Assembly: GCF_030384885.1 (NCBI RefSeq)
Contig: NZ_CP128613.1
Source of the DNA: Escherichia coli
GTDB taxonomy: Bacteria > Pseudomonadota > Gammaproteobacteria > Enterobacterales > Enterobacteriaceae
Strand: one strand, 5' to 3'
DNA length: 64,000 nt
A program made the position numbers and the translations under genes. The notes under the pieces are model-generated. The model was not told where the DNA came from. It ran no database searches and saw only the letters and a list, made by a program, of their open reading frames with translations. Below, piece after piece: positions 42,087 to 57,667 of this stretch (within the stretch, counting starts at the first letter, position 1; every line of letters begins with the position of its first letter).

Positions 42087-43427
42087 GTGACTACATTAAC
42101 GCTTGTTTTAACAGCAGTAGGGTCTGTTTTACTGCTGCTGTTTTTAGTCATGAAGGCGCGTATGCACGCTTTCCTGGCTTTGATGGTGGTGTCTATGGGG
42201 GCTGGCCTTTTTTCCGGTATGCCGCTCGATAAAATCGCAGCGACGATGGAAAAAGGGATGGGAGGCACCCTCGGCTTCCTGGCGGTAGTTGTCGCCCTGG
42301 GAGCCATGTTTGGCAAGATCTTACATGAAACCGGCGCAGTCGATCAGATTGCCGTCAAAATGCTCAAATCCTTCGGTCACAGTCGTGCGCATTATGCCAT
42401 TGGCCTTGCGGGCCTGGTTTGTGCGCTACCACTGTTCTTTGAAGTGGCGATTGTTCTGCTGATTAGCGTTGCTTTCTCAATGGCGCGCCATACTGGCACG
42501 AACCTGGTGAAGCTGGTTATCCCGTTATTCGCGGGCGTGGCGGCAGCAGCGGCGTTCTTACTACCGGGGCCAGCGCCAATGCTGCTGGCATCGCAGATGA
42601 ATGCTGACTTTGGCTGGATGATCCTGATTGGCCTGTGTGCGGCAATCCCGGGAATGATTATTGCCGGGCCGCTGTGGGGTAATTTCATCAGCCGCTATGT
42701 GGAGCTGCATATTCCTGACGATATCAGCGAACCGCATCTCGGCGAAGGCAAAATGCCGTCCTTCGGATTCAGCCTGTCGCTGATCCTGCTGCCGCTGGTG
42801 CTGGTGGGGCTGAAAACCATTGCCGCACGTTTTGTGCCGGAAGGCTCTACCGCTTACGAATGGTTCGAGTTTATCGGTCATCCGTTTACCGCAATTCTGG
42901 TCGCTTGCCTGGTAGCAATTTACGGCCTGGCGATGCGTCAGGGTATGCCGAAAGACAAAGTGATGGAGATTTGCGGTCACGCGCTGCAACCGGCGGGGAT
43001 TATTCTGCTGGTGATTGGTGCAGGCGGCGTGTTCAAACAGGTGCTGGTTGACTCTGGCGTAGGTCCGGCGCTGGGCGAAGCGTTAACCGGCATGGGCCTG
43101 CCGATTGCCATCACCTGCTTCGTGCTGGCAGCTGCAGTGCGCATCATTCAGGGTTCTGCCACCGTTGCCTGTTTAACGGCGGTGGGACTGGTGATGCCGG
43201 TTATTGAACAGCTGAACTACTCCGGTGCGCAAATGGCGGCGCTGTCAATTTGTATCGCCGGTGGTTCGATTGTTGTCAGCCACGTTAACGACGCCGGTTT
43301 CTGGTTGTTCGGTAAATTTACCGGCGCGACCGAAGCCGAAACGCTGAAAACCTGGACCATGATGGAAACCATCCTCGGCACCGTTGGTGCCATCGTCGGG
43401 ATGATTGCGTTCCAGCTGTTGAGTTAA
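42087..43427 (+). CDS. gntU: low-affinity gluconate transporter GntU
   Basis: 446 aa, GTG start, GntP-family membrane protein, recognised. Confidence 0.94.
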   Translation: MTTLTLVLTAVGSVLLLLFLVMKARMHAFLALMVVSMGAGLFSGMPLDKIAATMEKGMGGTLGFLAVVVALGAMFGKILHETGAVDQIAVKMLKSFGHSRAHYAIGLAGLVCALPLFFEVAIVLLISVAFSMARHTGTNLVKLVIPLFAGVAAAAAFLLPGPAPMLLASQMNADFGWMILIGLCAAIPGMIIAGPLWGNFISRYVELHIPDDISEPHLGEGKMPSFGFSLSLILLPLVLVGLKTIAARFVPEGSTAYEWFEFIGHPFTAILVACLVAIYGLAMRQGMPKDKVMEICGHALQPAGIILLVIGAGGVFKQVLVDSGVGPALGEALTGMGLPIAITCFVLAAAVRIIQGSATVACLTAVGLVMPVIEQLNYSGAQMAALSICIAGGSIVVSHVNDAGFWLFGKFTGATEAETLKTWTMMETILGTVGAIVGMIAFQLLS

Positions 43428-43436
43428 GTTTGTTCG

Positions 43437-43467
43437 CCCGGTAGTTGTGACGCTACCGGGCTCTTTT
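43437..43467 (+). terminator. rho-independent terminator after gntU
   Basis: Stem cccggtag/ctaccggg followed by ctctttt; lies between convergent gntU and yhgN. Confidence 0.7.
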
Positions 43468-43483
43468 CGAAAAACTCTCCTCG

Positions 43484-44077
43484 TTACCCCTTCATCCACA
43501 TTCGAATGCCGTCGAGGAACATCTGAGTTGCCATCATCACCAGAATCAATCCCATCAGGCGTTCAAGTGCATTCACCCCTTTCTCGCCCAGCAGACGTAA
43601 AAATAGCGAAGACTGTAGCAGGATGACAAAGGTGCCACCCCAGGCCAGCAGCAGAGCAATTACCAGATGTCCCATCTGATTCGGGTACTGATGAGACAAC
43701 AACATCAGCGTGGCGAGAATAGTCGGCCCGGCGACTAACGGAATTGCCAACGGCACGATAAACGGCTCTTCACCTGCCGGAAGCCCGCTGCTATTTCCTG
43801 AAGCACTGGGGAAAATCATCTTAATGGCGATCAGAAACAGAATGATGCCGCCAGAAATGGAGACGGTTTCTGCCCGCAGGCTAAGAAATGCCAGAATTTT
43901 CTCGCCCGCAAACAGGAACACCAGCATCACCAGGAGAGCAATAAGCAACTCTCGCACCATGATTGCCCGCCGTCTTTTCGGTTCAGTATGTTTCAGTACG
44001 GACATGAAAATAGGTAGGTTTCCGAGCGGATCCATAATCAGGATCAATAAAACTGCTGCAGAAATGATTTCATTCAT
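43484..44077 (-). CDS. yhgN: MarC-family inner membrane protein YhgN
   Basis: 197 aa, recognised. Confidence 0.92.
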   Translation of the reverse strand: MNEIISAAVLLILIMDPLGNLPIFMSVLKHTEPKRRRAIMVRELLIALLVMLVFLFAGEKILAFLSLRAETVSISGGIILFLIAIKMIFPSASGNSSGLPAGEEPFIVPLAIPLVAGPTILATLMLLSHQYPNQMGHLVIALLLAWGGTFVILLQSSLFLRLLGEKGVNALERLMGLILVMMATQMFLDGIRMWMKG

Positions 44078-44269
44078 AACTCAAATTCCCTGATAATTGC
44101 CGCGGACTTTCTGCGTGCTAACAAAGCAGGATAAGTCGCATTACTGATGGCTTCGCTATCATTGATTAATTTCACTTGCGACTTTGGCTGCTTTTTGTAT
44201 GGTGAAAGATGTGCCACGAGGAGACCGGCACATTTATACAGCACACATCTTTGCAGGAAAAAAACGCTT

Positions 44270-45373
44270 ATGAAAAATGTTGGTTTTATCGGCTGGCGCG
44301 GTATGGTCGGCTCCGTTCTCATGCAACGCATGGTTGAAGAGCGCGACTTCGACGCCATTCGCCCTGTCTTCTTTTCTACTTCTCAGCTTGGTCAGGCTGC
44401 GCCGTCTTTTGGCGGAACCACTGACACACTTCAGGATGCCTTTGATCTGGAGGCGCTAAAGGCCCTCGATATCATTGTGACCTGTCAGGGCGGCGATTAT
44501 ACCAACGAAATCTATCCAAAGCTTCGTGAAAGCGGATGGCAAGGTTACTGGATTGACGCAGCATCATCTCTGCGCATGAAAGATGACGCCATCATCATTC
44601 TTGACCCCGTCAATCAGGACGTTATTACCGACGGATTAAATAATGGCATCAGGACTTTTGTTGGCGGTAACTGTACCGTAAGCCTGATGTTGATGTCGTT
44701 GGGTGGTTTATTCGCCAATGATCTTGTTGATTGGGTGTCCGTTGCAACCTACCAGGCCGCTTCCGGCGGTGGTGCGCGACATATGCGTGAGTTATTAACC
44801 CAGATGGGCCATCTGTATGGCCATGTGGCAGATGAACTCGCGACCCCGTCCTCTGCTATTCTCGATATCGAACGCAAAGTCACAACCTTAACCCGTAGCG
44901 GTGAGCTGCCGGTGGATAACTTTGGCGTGCCGCTGGCGGGTAGCCTGATTCCGTGGATCGACAAACAGCTCGATAACGGTCAGAGCCGCGAAGAGTGGAA
45001 AGGGCAGGCGGAAACCAACAAGATCCTCAACACATCTTCCGTAATTCCGGTAGATGGTTTATGTGTGCGTGTCGGGGCATTGCGCTGCCACAGCCAGGCA
45101 TTCACTATTAAATTGAAAAAAGATGTGTCTATTCCGACCGTGGAAGAACTACTGGCTGCGCACAATCCGTGGGCGAAAGTCGTTCCGAACGATCGGGAAA
45201 TCACTATGCGTGAGCTAACCCCAGCTGCCGTTACCGGCACGCTGACCACGCCGGTAGGCCGTCTGCGTAAGCTGAATATGGGGCCGGAGTTCCTGTCAGC
45301 CTTTACCGTGGGCGACCAGCTGCTGTGGGGGGCCGCGGAGCCGCTGCGTCGGATGCTTCGTCAACTGGCGTAA
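44270..45373 (+). CDS. asd: aspartate-semialdehyde dehydrogenase
   Basis: Recognised from [21 protein letters not shown] (367 aa); the track ORF starts 41 codons upstream. Confidence 0.97.
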
Positions 45374-45645
45374 TCTTTATTCATTAAATCTGGGGCGCGT
45401 TGCCGCCCCTGTTAGTGCGTAATACAGGAGTAAGCGCAGATGTTTCATGATTTACCGGGAGTTAAATAGAGCATTGGCTATTCTTTAAGGGTGGCGGAAT
45501 ACAAGAGTATTTACAGCCTTACCTGAAGTGAGGACGACGCAGAGAGGATGCACAGAGTGCTGCGCCGTTCAGGTCAAAAAAATGTCACAACCAGAAGTCA
45601 AAAATCCAGTTGGATGGGGTGACACAATAAAACAGGAAGACAAGC

Positions 45646-47832
45646 ATGTCCGATCGTATCGATAGAGACGTGATTAACGCGCTAATTGCAGGCCATTTTG
45701 CGGATCCTTTTTCCGTACTGGGAATGCATAAAACCACCGCGGGACTGGAAGTCCGTGCCCTTTTACCCGACGCTACCGATGTGTGGGTGATTGAACCGAA
45801 AACTGGGCGCAAACTCGCAAAACTGGAGTGTCTCGACTCACGTGGATTCTTTAGCGGCGTCATTCCGCGGCGTAAGAATTTTTTCCGCTATCAGTTGGCT
45901 GTTGTCTGGCATGGTCAGCAAAACCTGATTGATGATCCTTACCGTTTTGGTCCGCTAATCCAGGAAATGGATGCCTGGCTATTATCTGAAGGTACGCATC
46001 TGCGCCCATATGAAACCTTAGGCGCGCATGCAGATACTATGGATGGCGTCACGGGGACGCGTTTTTCTGTCTGGGCTCCAAACGCCCGCCGGGTCTCGGT
46101 AGTCGGTCAATTCAACTACTGGGACGGTCGCCGTCACCCGATGCGCCTGCGTAAAGAGAGCGGCATCTGGGAACTGTTTATCCCTGGGGCGCATAACGGT
46201 CAGCTCTATAAATACGAGATGATTGATGCCAATGGCAACTTGCGTCTGAAGTCCGACCCTTATGCCTTCGAAGCGCAAATGCGCCCGGAAACCGCGTCTC
46301 TTATTTGCGGGCTGCCGGAAAAGGTTGTGCAGACTGAAGAGCGCAAAAAGGCGAATCAGTTTGATGCGCCAATCTCTATTTATGAAGTTCACCTGGGCTC
46401 CTGGCGTCGCCACACCGACAACAATTTCTGGTTGAGCTATCGCGAGCTGGCCGATCAACTGGTGCCTTATGCTAAATGGATGGGCTTTACCCACCTCGAA
46501 CTGCTGCCCATTAACGAGCATCCGTTCGATGGTAGTTGGGGTTATCAGCCAACCGGCCTGTATGCGCCGACCCGCCGCTTTGGTACTCGCGACGACTTCC
46601 GTTATTTCATTGATGCCGCACACGCAGCTGGTCTGAACGTGATTCTCGACTGGGTGCCAGGCCACTTCCCGACCGATGACTTTGCGCTTGCCGAATTTGA
46701 TGGCACGAACTTGTATGAACACAGCGATCCGCGCGAAGGCTACCATCAGGACTGGAATACGCTGATCTACAACTATGGTCGCCGTGAAGTCAGTAACTTC
46801 CTTGTCGGTAATGCGCTTTACTGGATCGAACGTTTTGGTATTGATGCGCTGCGCGTCGATGCTGTGGCATCAATGATTTATCGCGACTACAGCCGCAAAG
46901 AGGGGGAGTGGATCCCGAACGAATTTGGCGGGCGCGAGAATCTTGAAGCGATTGAATTCTTGCGTAATACCAACCGTATTCTTGGTGAGCAGGTTTCCGG
47001 TGCGGTGACAATGGCTGAGGAGTCTACCGATTTCCCTGGCGTTTCTCGTCCGCAGGATATGGGCGGTCTGGGCTTCTGGTACAAGTGGAACCTCGGCTGG
47101 ATGCATGACACCCTGGACTATATGAAGCTCGACCCGATTTATCGTCAGTATCATCACGGTAAGCTCACCTTCGGGATGCTCTACAACTACACTGAAAATT
47201 TCGTCCTGCCGTTGTCGCATGATGAAGTGGTCCACGGTAAAAAATCGATTCTCGACAGGATGCCAGGCGACGCATGGCAGAAATTCGCTAACCTGCGCGC
47301 GTACTATGGCTGGATGTGGGCATTCCCGGGCAAGAAACTGCTGTTCATGGGGAACGAATTTGCCCAGGGCCGCGAGTGGAACCATGACGCCAGCCTCGAC
47401 TGGCATCTGCTGGAAGGCGGCGATAACTGGCACCACGGTGTCCAGCGTCTGGTGCGCGATCTGAACCACACCTACCGCCACCATAAAGCAATGCATGAAC
47501 TGGATTTTGACCCGTATGGCTTTGAATGGCTGGTGGTGGATGACAAAGAACGCTCGGTGCTGATCTTTGTTCGCCGCGACAAAGCCGGGAATGAAATCAT
47601 CGTTGCCAGTAACTTTACGCCAGTGCCGCGTCATGATTATCGCTTCGGCATTAACCAGCCGGGTAAATGGCGTGAGATCCTCAATACCGATTCCATGCAC
47701 TATCACGGCAGTAATGCAGGCAATGGCGGCACGGTACACAGCGATGAGATTGCCAGCCACGGTCGTCAGCATTCACTAAGCCTGACACTACCACCGCTGG
47801 CCACTATCTGGCTGGTTCGGGAGGCAGAATGA
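45646..47832 (+). CDS. glgB: 1,4-alpha-glucan branching enzyme GlgB
   Basis: 728 aa, GH13 motifs, recognised. Confidence 0.98.
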   Translation: MSDRIDRDVINALIAGHFADPFSVLGMHKTTAGLEVRALLPDATDVWVIEPKTGRKLAKLECLDSRGFFSGVIPRRKNFFRYQLAVVWHGQQNLIDDPYRFGPLIQEMDAWLLSEGTHLRPYETLGAHADTMDGVTGTRFSVWAPNARRVSVVGQFNYWDGRRHPMRLRKESGIWELFIPGAHNGQLYKYEMIDANGNLRLKSDPYAFEAQMRPETASLICGLPEKVVQTEERKKANQFDAPISIYEVHLGSWRRHTDNNFWLSYRELADQLVPYAKWMGFTHLELLPINEHPFDGSWGYQPTGLYAPTRRFGTRDDFRYFIDAAHAAGLNVILDWVPGHFPTDDFALAEFDGTNLYEHSDPREGYHQDWNTLIYNYGRREVSNFLVGNALYWIERFGIDALRVDAVASMIYRDYSRKEGEWIPNEFGGRENLEAIEFLRNTNRILGEQVSGAVTMAEESTDFPGVSRPQDMGGLGFWYKWNLGWMHDTLDYMKLDPIYRQYHHGKLTFGMLYNYTENFVLPLSHDEVVHGKKSILDRMPGDAWQKFANLRAYYGWMWAFPGKKLLFMGNEFAQGREWNHDASLDWHLLEGGDNWHHGVQRLVRDLNHTYRHHKAMHELDFDPYGFEWLVVDDKERSVLIFVRRDKAGNEIIVASNFTPVPRHDYRFGINQPGKWREILNTDSMHYHGSNAGNGGTVHSDEIASHGRQHSLSLTLPPLATIWLVREAE

Positions 47833-49802
47833 CACAACTCGCTATTGGCAAACCCGCACCCCTCGGCGCGCATTACGACGGTCAGGGCGTCAACTTCACA
47901 CTTTTCTCCGCTCATGCCGAGCGGGTAGAACTGTGTATCTTTGACGCCAATGGCCAGGAACATCGCTATGACTTGCCAGGGCACAGTGGCGACATTTGGC
48001 ACGGTTATCTGCCGGATGCGCGTCCGGGTTTGCGTTATGGTTATCGCGTTCATGGCCCCTGGCGACCCGCCGAGGGACATCGCTTTAACCCGGCGAAGTT
48101 GTTGATTGATCCTTGCGCGCGGCAAATTGACGGGGAGTTTAAAGATAACCCGCTGCTGCACGCAGGTCATAATGAACCTGACTATCGCGACAACGCCGCC
48201 ATTGCGCCGAAATGTGTAGTGGCGGTTGATCACTATGACTGGGAGGATGATGCCCCGCCGCGCACGCCGTGGGGCAGCACTATCATTTATGAAGCCCATG
48301 TCAAAGGATTAACGTATCTGCACCCGGAGATCCCGGTCGATATCCGCGGCACTTATAAAGCCCTGGGGCATCCGGTGATGATCAACTATTTGAAACAGTT
48401 GGGCATTACTGCGCTGGAGTTGCTGCCGGTGGCACAATTTGCCAGCGAACCACGCCTGCAACGTATGGGGTTAAGTAACTACTGGGGCTATAACCCGGTG
48501 GCGATGTTTGCCCTGCATCCGGCGTATGCCTGCTCGCCAGAAACGGCGCTGAATGAGTTTCGCGATGCAATCAAAGCACTGCATAAAGCGGGTATCGAAG
48601 TCATTCTTGATATCGTGCTTAACCATAGTGCGGAACTGGACCTCGACGGTCCGTTATTCTCTCTGCGTGGGATCGACAACCGTAGCTATTATTGGATAAG
48701 AGAAGATGGTGATTATCACAATTGGACAGGCTGTGGCAACACGCTCAATTTGAGTCATCCGGCGGTGGTGGATTATGCCAGCGCCTGCCTGCGTTATTGG
48801 GTAGAAACCTGCCACGTCGATGGTTTCCGTTTTGATCTGGCGGCAGTCATGGGCCGTACGCCTGAGTTCCGTCAGGATGCTCCGTTGTTTACCGCAATTC
48901 AGAACTGCCCGGTGCTCTCGCAGGTGAAGTTAATTGCCGAACCGTGGGATATTGCGCCTGGTGGTTATCAGGTGGGAAATTTCCCGCCACTGTTTGCTGA
49001 GTGGAACGATCATTTCCGTGATGCTGCCCGTCGTTTCTGGCTGCATTATGATTTGCCTCTGGGGGCGTTTGCCGGGCGTTTTGCTGCCTCCAGCGATGTT
49101 TTTAAACGTAATGGTCGTCTGCCGAGTGCCGCGATTAATCTCGTCACCGCGCATGACGGTTTTACGCTTCGCGACTGCGTTTGCTTCAACCATAAACACA
49201 ATGAAGCAAACGGAGAAGAAAATCGCGACGGGACCAACAACAATTACAGTAACAATCATGGTAAAGAAGGATTAGGCGGTACTCTTGACCTGGTTGAACG
49301 GCGGCGCGACAGCATTCACGCCCTGTTAACAACGTTGTTGCTCTCCCAGGGTACGCCGATGTTACTGGCCGGTGACGAACATGGTCATAGCCAGCATGGC
49401 AATAACAATGCCTACTGTCAGGATAATCAATTAACCTGGTTGGACTGGTCGCAGGCAAGCAGTGGTTTAACCGCATTTACCGCCGCGTTAATCCATCTGC
49501 GCAAGCGCATTCCCGCTTTGGTGGAGAATCGCTGGTGGGAAGAAGGCGACGGCAATGTCCGTTGGCTAAATCGATATGCTCAACCTTTAAGCACGGATGA
49601 GTGGCAAAACGGGCCGAAACAGCTGCAAATTCTGCTCTCGGATCGCTTTTTGATCGCAATTAACGCCACGCTTGAGGTAACAGAGATTGTTTTACCTGCT
49701 GGGGAGTGGCACGCCATTCCCCCATTCGCTGGAGAGGATAACCCAGTGATTACGGCTGTCTGGCAGGGACCTGCACACGGATTGTGTGTGTTCCAGAGAT
49801 GA
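47829..49802 (+). CDS. glgX: glycogen debranching enzyme GlgX
   Basis: 657 aa; ATGA overlap with glgB. Confidence 0.98.
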
Positions 49803-49819
49803 TAAAAAAGGAGTTAGTC

Positions 49820-51115
49820 ATGGTTAGTTTAGAGAAGAACGATCACTTAATGTTGGCGCGCCAGCTGCCATTGAAATCTGTTGCCCTGATACTGGCGGGA
49901 GGACGTGGTACCCGCCTGAAGGATTTAACCAATAAGCGAGCAAAACCGGCCGTACACTTCGGCGGTAAGTTCCGCATTATCGACTTTGCACTGTCTAACT
50001 GCATCAACTCCGGGATCCGTCGTATGGGCGTGATCACCCAGTACCAGTCCCATACTCTGGTGCAGCACATTCAGCGCGGCTGGTCATTCTTCAATGAAGA
50101 AATGAACGAGTTTGTCGATCTGTTGCCAGCGCAGCAGAGAATGAAAGGGGAAAACTGGTATCGCGGCACCGCAGATGCGGTCACGCAAAACCTCGACATT
50201 ATTCGCCGTTACAAAGCGGAATATGTGGTGATCCTGGCGGGCGACCATATCTACAAGCAAGACTACTCGCGTATGCTTATCGACCACGTCGAAAAAGGCG
50301 CACGTTGCACCGTCGCTTGTATGCCTGTACCGATTGAAGAAGCCTCCGCATTTGGCGTTATGGCGGTTGATGAGAACGATAAAATTATCGAATTCGTTGA
50401 AAAACCCGCTAACCCGCCGTCAATGCCGAACGATCCGAGCAAATCTCTGGCGAGCATGGGTATCTACGTCTTTGACGCCGACTATCTGTATGAACTGCTG
50501 GAAGAAGACGATCGCGATGAGAACTCCAGCCACGACTTTGGTAAAGATTTGATTCCCAAAATCACCGAAGCCGGTCTGGCCTATGCGCACCCGTTCCCGC
50601 TCTCTTGCGTACAATCCGACCCGGATGCCGAGCCGTACTGGCGCGATGTGGGTACGCTTGAAGCTTACTGGAAAGCGAACCTCGATCTGGCCTCAGTGGT
50701 GCCGGAACTGGATATGTACGATCGCAATTGGCCAATTCGCACCTACAATGAATCATTACCGCCAGCGAAATTCGTGCAAGATCGCTCCGGTAGCCACGGG
50801 ATGACCCTTAACTCACTGGTTTCCGGCGGTTGTGTGATCTCCGGTTCGGTGGTGGTGCAGTCCGTTCTGTTCTCGCGCGTTCGCGTGAATTCATTCTGCA
50901 ACATTGATTCCGCCGTATTGTTACCGGAAGTATGGGTAGGTCGCTCGTGCCGTCTGCGCCGCTGCGTCATTGATCGTGCTTGTGTTATTCCGGAAGGCAT
51001 GGTGATTGGTGAAAACGCAGAGGAAGATGCACGTCGTTTCTATCGTTCAGAAGAAGGCATCGTGCTGGTAACGCGCGAAATGCTACGGAAGTTAGGGCAT
51101 AAACAGGAGCGATAA
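49820..51115 (+). CDS. glgC: glucose-1-phosphate adenylyltransferase GlgC
   Basis: Recognised from [33 protein letters not shown] (431 aa). Confidence 0.97.
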
Positions 51116-52548
51116 TGCAGGTTTTACATGTATGTTCAGAGATGTTCCCGCTGCTTAAAACCGGCGGTCTGGCTGATGTTATTGGGGCATTACCCGCAGC
51201 ACAAATCGCAGACGGCGTTGACGCTCGCGTACTGTTGCCTGCATTTCCCGATATTCGCCGTGGCGTAACCGATGCGCAGGTGGTATCTCGCCGTGATACC
51301 TTCGCTGGGCATATCACGCTGTTGTTCGGCCATTACAACGGGGTTGGCATTTACCTGATTGACGCGCCGCATCTCTATGATCGTCCGGGAAGCCCGTATC
51401 ACGATACCAACTTATTTGCCTACACTGACAACGTATTGCGTTTTGCGCTGTTGGGGTGGGTTGGGGCAGAAATGGCCAGCGGGCTTGACCCATTCTGGCG
51501 CCCTGATGTGGTGCATGCGCACGACTGGCATGCGGGCCTTGCGCCTGCGTATCTGGCGGCGCGTGGGCGTCCGGCGAAGTCGGTGTTTACTGTGCACAAC
51601 CTGGCCTATCAAGGCATGTTTTATGCACATCACATGAATGACATTCAATTGCCATGGTCATTCTTTAATATTCATGGGCTGGAATTCAACGGACAAATCT
51701 CTTTCCTGAAGGCTGGTCTGTACTATGCCGATCATATTACGGCGGTCAGCCCGACCTACGCTCGCGAGATCACCGAACCGCAGTTTGCCTACGGTATGGA
51801 AGGTCTGTTGCAACAGCGTCACCGTGAAGGGCGTCTTTCCGGCGTACTAAACGGCGTGGATGAAAAAATCTGGAGTCCAGAGACGGACTTACTGTTGGCC
51901 TCGCGTTACACCCGCGATACGTTGGAAGATAAAGCGGAGAATAAGCGCCAGTTACAAATCGCAATGGGGCTTAAGGTTGACGATAAAGTGCCGCTTTTTG
52001 CAGTGGTGAGCCGTCTGACCAGCCAGAAAGGTCTCGACCTGGTGCTGGAAGCCTTACCAGGCCTTCTGGAGCAGGGCGGACAGCTGGCGCTACTCGGCGC
52101 GGGTGATCCGGTGCTGCAGGAAGGTTTCCTTGCCGCGGCCGCGGAATATCCCGGACAAGTGGGCGTTCAGATTGGCTATCACGAAGCATTTTCGCATCGC
52201 ATTATGGGCGGCGCGGACGTCATTCTGGTGCCCAGCCGTTTTGAACCGTGCGGCTTAACGCAACTTTATGGATTGAAGTACGGTACGCTGCCGTTAGTGC
52301 GGCGCACCGGTGGGCTTGCTGATACGGTTTCTGACTGTTCTCTTGAGAACCTTGCAGATGGCGTCGCCAGTGGGTTTGTCTTTGAAGATAGTAATGCCTG
52401 GTCGCTGTTACGGGCTATTCGACGTGCTTTTGTACTGTGGTCCCGTCCTTCACTGTGGCGGTTTGTGCAACGTCAGGCTATGGCAATGGATTTTAGCTGG
52501 CAGGTCGCGGCGAAGTCGTACCGTGAGCTTTACTATCGCTTGAAATAG
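51115..52548 (+). CDS. glgA: glycogen synthase GlgA
   Basis: 477 aa, recognised ([22 protein letters not shown]...). Confidence 0.98.
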
Positions 52549-55014
<2,466 letters not shown>

Positions 55015-55030
55015 GTTCACTATAAAATAG

Positions 55031-55060
55031 AACGGGGCCAAATCGGTCCCGTTTTTTTTC
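55031..55060 (+). terminator. rho-independent terminator after glgP
   Basis: Hairpin aacggggccaaatcggtcccgtt followed by tttttttc. Confidence 0.8.
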
Positions 55061-55131
55061 GCCTTTATTTCGGAGAAGTGTCCAGAGGGGCAAGGGGATT
55101 CGGGGGAGTATAATTTCGCCATTCAGAAAGA

Positions 55132-56649
55132 ATGGAAAGAATAATGCAAAACAGAAAATGGATTTTGACCTCGCTGATAATGACTTTTTTCGGCATCCCC
55201 ATACTGGCGCAATTTTTGGCAGCGGTTATTGCCATGCTGGGGGCCGGGCTTGCCGCTATTCTTGAGGCTTGCAATTTACTCTTTACGCCAACAATTTATC
55301 TTCTACTCAACGTCTTTATGCTGACGCTGGGGGCGATAATCCTATTTTTCTCTGGTCGCGTGTGGGCCGGTGATAGCGCACCAGAAAACAGAGAAATAGC
55401 CGTCTGGCGGCAATGCTTTTTTCTTTTACCTGCACTGTTAACTCTGGTTGGCTGGATAATCACGCTACATCTGGCAGATTATCAATTTCGCCAAATGGGA
55501 GCAGGTTGGTTGGCAGAGCTTATGCTCCCCTGGCTGGGAGTTTTGTTAGTCTCATTAGTCGGAGGTGAGTTCTGGTGGATAGTCATTATACCCGTTGGTG
55601 CGCATATTAGTTTTTCGCTGGGGTATGGCTGGCCGACCAGATATCCTTTAACCGGCACGTACGGGTTACGTTGCCGTAATTCCCTCCTGTTTATCCTTCT
55701 CATGCTTGGTTTTATCGCTGGTTATCAGGCTTATTTATATAAACAGATTAATCCCGGCGTCGGTGTGCGTGAAAATATTGATACCTGGGCCTGGCGACCC
55801 GATAAACTCAATAATCAACTGACGCCACTGCGTGGTAAACCGCAAATTCAGTTTACACAAAACTGGCCGCGACTCGATGGTGCTACGGCGGCGTACCCAA
55901 TTTATGCTTCTGCCTTTTATGCGTTGAGCGTTATACCGGAAGATTTCCACACATGGGAATATCTGGAGAACTCTCGTACCCCCGATGCATATAACAGGAT
56001 TGTTAAAGGTGATGCCGATATTATTTTTGTGGCGCAACCTTCCGGTGGGCAGAAAAAACGTGCAGAGGAATCGGGCGTCACTTTGAACTACACTCCTTTC
56101 GCCCGTGAAGCATTCGTTTTCATCGTCAATGCGGATAACCCGGTTAATTCCCTGACTGACCAACAGGTGCGTGACATCTTCAGTGGCGCAATTACCAACT
56201 GGCGTACTGTTGGCGGTAACGATCAGGAGATCCAGACCTGGCAACGCCCGGAAGACTCTGGCAGCCAGACAGTGATGCAATCGCAGGTCATGAAAAATGT
56301 CCGCATGATCTCGCCGCAGGAAACCGAAGTGGCAAGCATGATGGAGGGAATGATTAAAGTTGTTGCCGAATACCGTAATACAAACAACTCAATAGGCTAC
56401 ACCTTCCGCTATTACGCAACACAAATGAATGCCGATAAAAATATAAAACTGCTAGCTATTAACGGTATTGCACCGACTGCGGAAAATATTCGTAACGGCA
56501 AATATCCATATATCGTCGATGCCTTTATGGTAACGCGGGAAAATACTACGTCAGAAACACAAAAACTGGTCGAATGGTTTTTAACGCCGCAGGGGCAGAG
56601 TCTGGTGGAAGATGTGGGTTATGTACCGTTGCATACAACAATGAAATAA
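55132..56649 (+). CDS. hypothetical fusion protein: N-terminal multi-pass membrane domain + C-terminal PstS-like (PBP-like) periplasmic binding domain
   Basis: 505-aa ORF; the first ~230 aa are hydrophobic helices; the C-terminal domain carries PstS-family-like segments (NSLTDQQVRDIFSGAITNWRTVGG, WQRPEDSGSQTVM); start may instead be the ATG at 55144. Confidence 0.8.
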   Translation: MERIMQNRKWILTSLIMTFFGIPILAQFLAAVIAMLGAGLAAILEACNLLFTPTIYLLLNVFMLTLGAIILFFSGRVWAGDSAPENREIAVWRQCFFLLPALLTLVGWIITLHLADYQFRQMGAGWLAELMLPWLGVLLVSLVGGEFWWIVIIPVGAHISFSLGYGWPTRYPLTGTYGLRCRNSLLFILLMLGFIAGYQAYLYKQINPGVGVRENIDTWAWRPDKLNNQLTPLRGKPQIQFTQNWPRLDGATAAYPIYASAFYALSVIPEDFHTWEYLENSRTPDAYNRIVKGDADIIFVAQPSGGQKKRAEESGVTLNYTPFAREAFVFIVNADNPVNSLTDQQVRDIFSGAITNWRTVGGNDQEIQTWQRPEDSGSQTVMQSQVMKNVRMISPQETEVASMMEGMIKVVAEYRNTNNSIGYTFRYYATQMNADKNIKLLAINGIAPTAENIRNGKYPYIVDAFMVTRENTTSETQKLVEWFLTPQGQSLVEDVGYVPLHTTMK

Positions 56650-56674
56650 CTTTTGAGAGAACGGAATCAGCGCG

Positions 56675-57667
56675 ATGAATAAATTCATAGGCGTTTTACT
56701 GCTAGGTGCGGTTTTACTGGCGGGATGTGTCGACCGGGAAGGCTACTATAACAGCGTCAGGGAAGAAGACAGCCATGGACTGACGACTCTGCGGGGGCAA
56801 CCTGAATTACGTTACAACGATGATTGGTCAAGATGGCCGAGAGTATACGGCGCTACAGCCTTATACCCGCTGTATGCCTCCGCGTATTATGAATTAGTAC
56901 CCGAGCCAAAAGATAAGGATCGAACCTCGCTGGCCTGGCAGGCGTATGGTTTGCAACAAACCCGAACAGCTGAAGCCTACGATAGTCTGATCAAGGGTAC
57001 CGCGACGGTTATTTTTGTTGCACAACCGTCGGAAGGACAGAAAAAACGTGCAGAAGAAGCAGGCGTTAAACTGAAATATACCGCGTTTGCCCGCGAAGCC
57101 TTTGTCTTTATCGTTGATATCAAAAACCCGGTTAATTCACTTAGCGAACAGCAGGTCAAAGACATTTTTAGCGGTAAAGTGAGTCGCTGGAATAAAGTGG
57201 GCGGCGGTGACGAAAGTATAAAAGTCTGGCAGCGGCCAGAAGATTCTGGAAGCCAAACGGTTATGAAGGGACTGGTTATGCAAGATACTCCAATGCTGCC
57301 AGCCAAAAAATCCACTGTTATCGATCTTATGGGCGGTTTAATTACCGAAGTCGCCGACTACCAAAACACAACATCTTCCATTGGATACACCTTCCACTAT
57401 TACGTCACACGTATGAATGACAATATGCTCAAAATGCGCAAACAGATCAAACTGCTAGCTATAACTGGCATTGCGCCTACAGAGGAAAATATCCGTAACG
57501 GCACTTATCCGTACATAATTGATGCTTATATGGTGACGCACGAAACCCCTGCGCTGGAAACGCAGAAATTCGTCGACTGGTTTTTAAGCCCGCAGGGACA
57601 GCAATTGGTAGAGGATGTGGGGTATGTGCCGATTCATGACGCATCATACGAATCATCAGTGCAATAA
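56675..57667 (+). CDS. hypothetical PstS-like (PBP-like) lipoprotein, paralogue of the C-terminal domain of the upstream gene
   Basis: 330 aa; lipobox LLAGC; long identical/near-identical stretches with the preceding protein (FVAQPS.GQKKRAEE.GV, NPVNSL..QQV.DIFSG, WQRPEDSGSQTVM, IGYTF.YY.T.MN). Confidence 0.85.
   Translation: MNKFIGVLLLGAVLLAGCVDREGYYNSVREEDSHGLTTLRGQPELRYNDDWSRWPRVYGATALYPLYASAYYELVPEPKDKDRTSLAWQAYGLQQTRTAEAYDSLIKGTATVIFVAQPSEGQKKRAEEAGVKLKYTAFAREAFVFIVDIKNPVNSLSEQQVKDIFSGKVSRWNKVGGGDESIKVWQRPEDSGSQTVMKGLVMQDTPMLPAKKSTVIDLMGGLITEVADYQNTTSSIGYTFHYYVTRMNDNMLKMRKQIKLLAITGIAPTEENIRNGTYPYIIDAYMVTHETPALETQKFVDWFLSPQGQQLVEDVGYVPIHDASYESSVQ

Noticed and set aside
46870-47772. 300-aa minus-strand ORF (and the 242-aa ORF at 46018-46746)
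   Set aside because: Antisense within glgB, a long and well-recognised gene; long antisense ORFs are common in GC-rich coding DNA.
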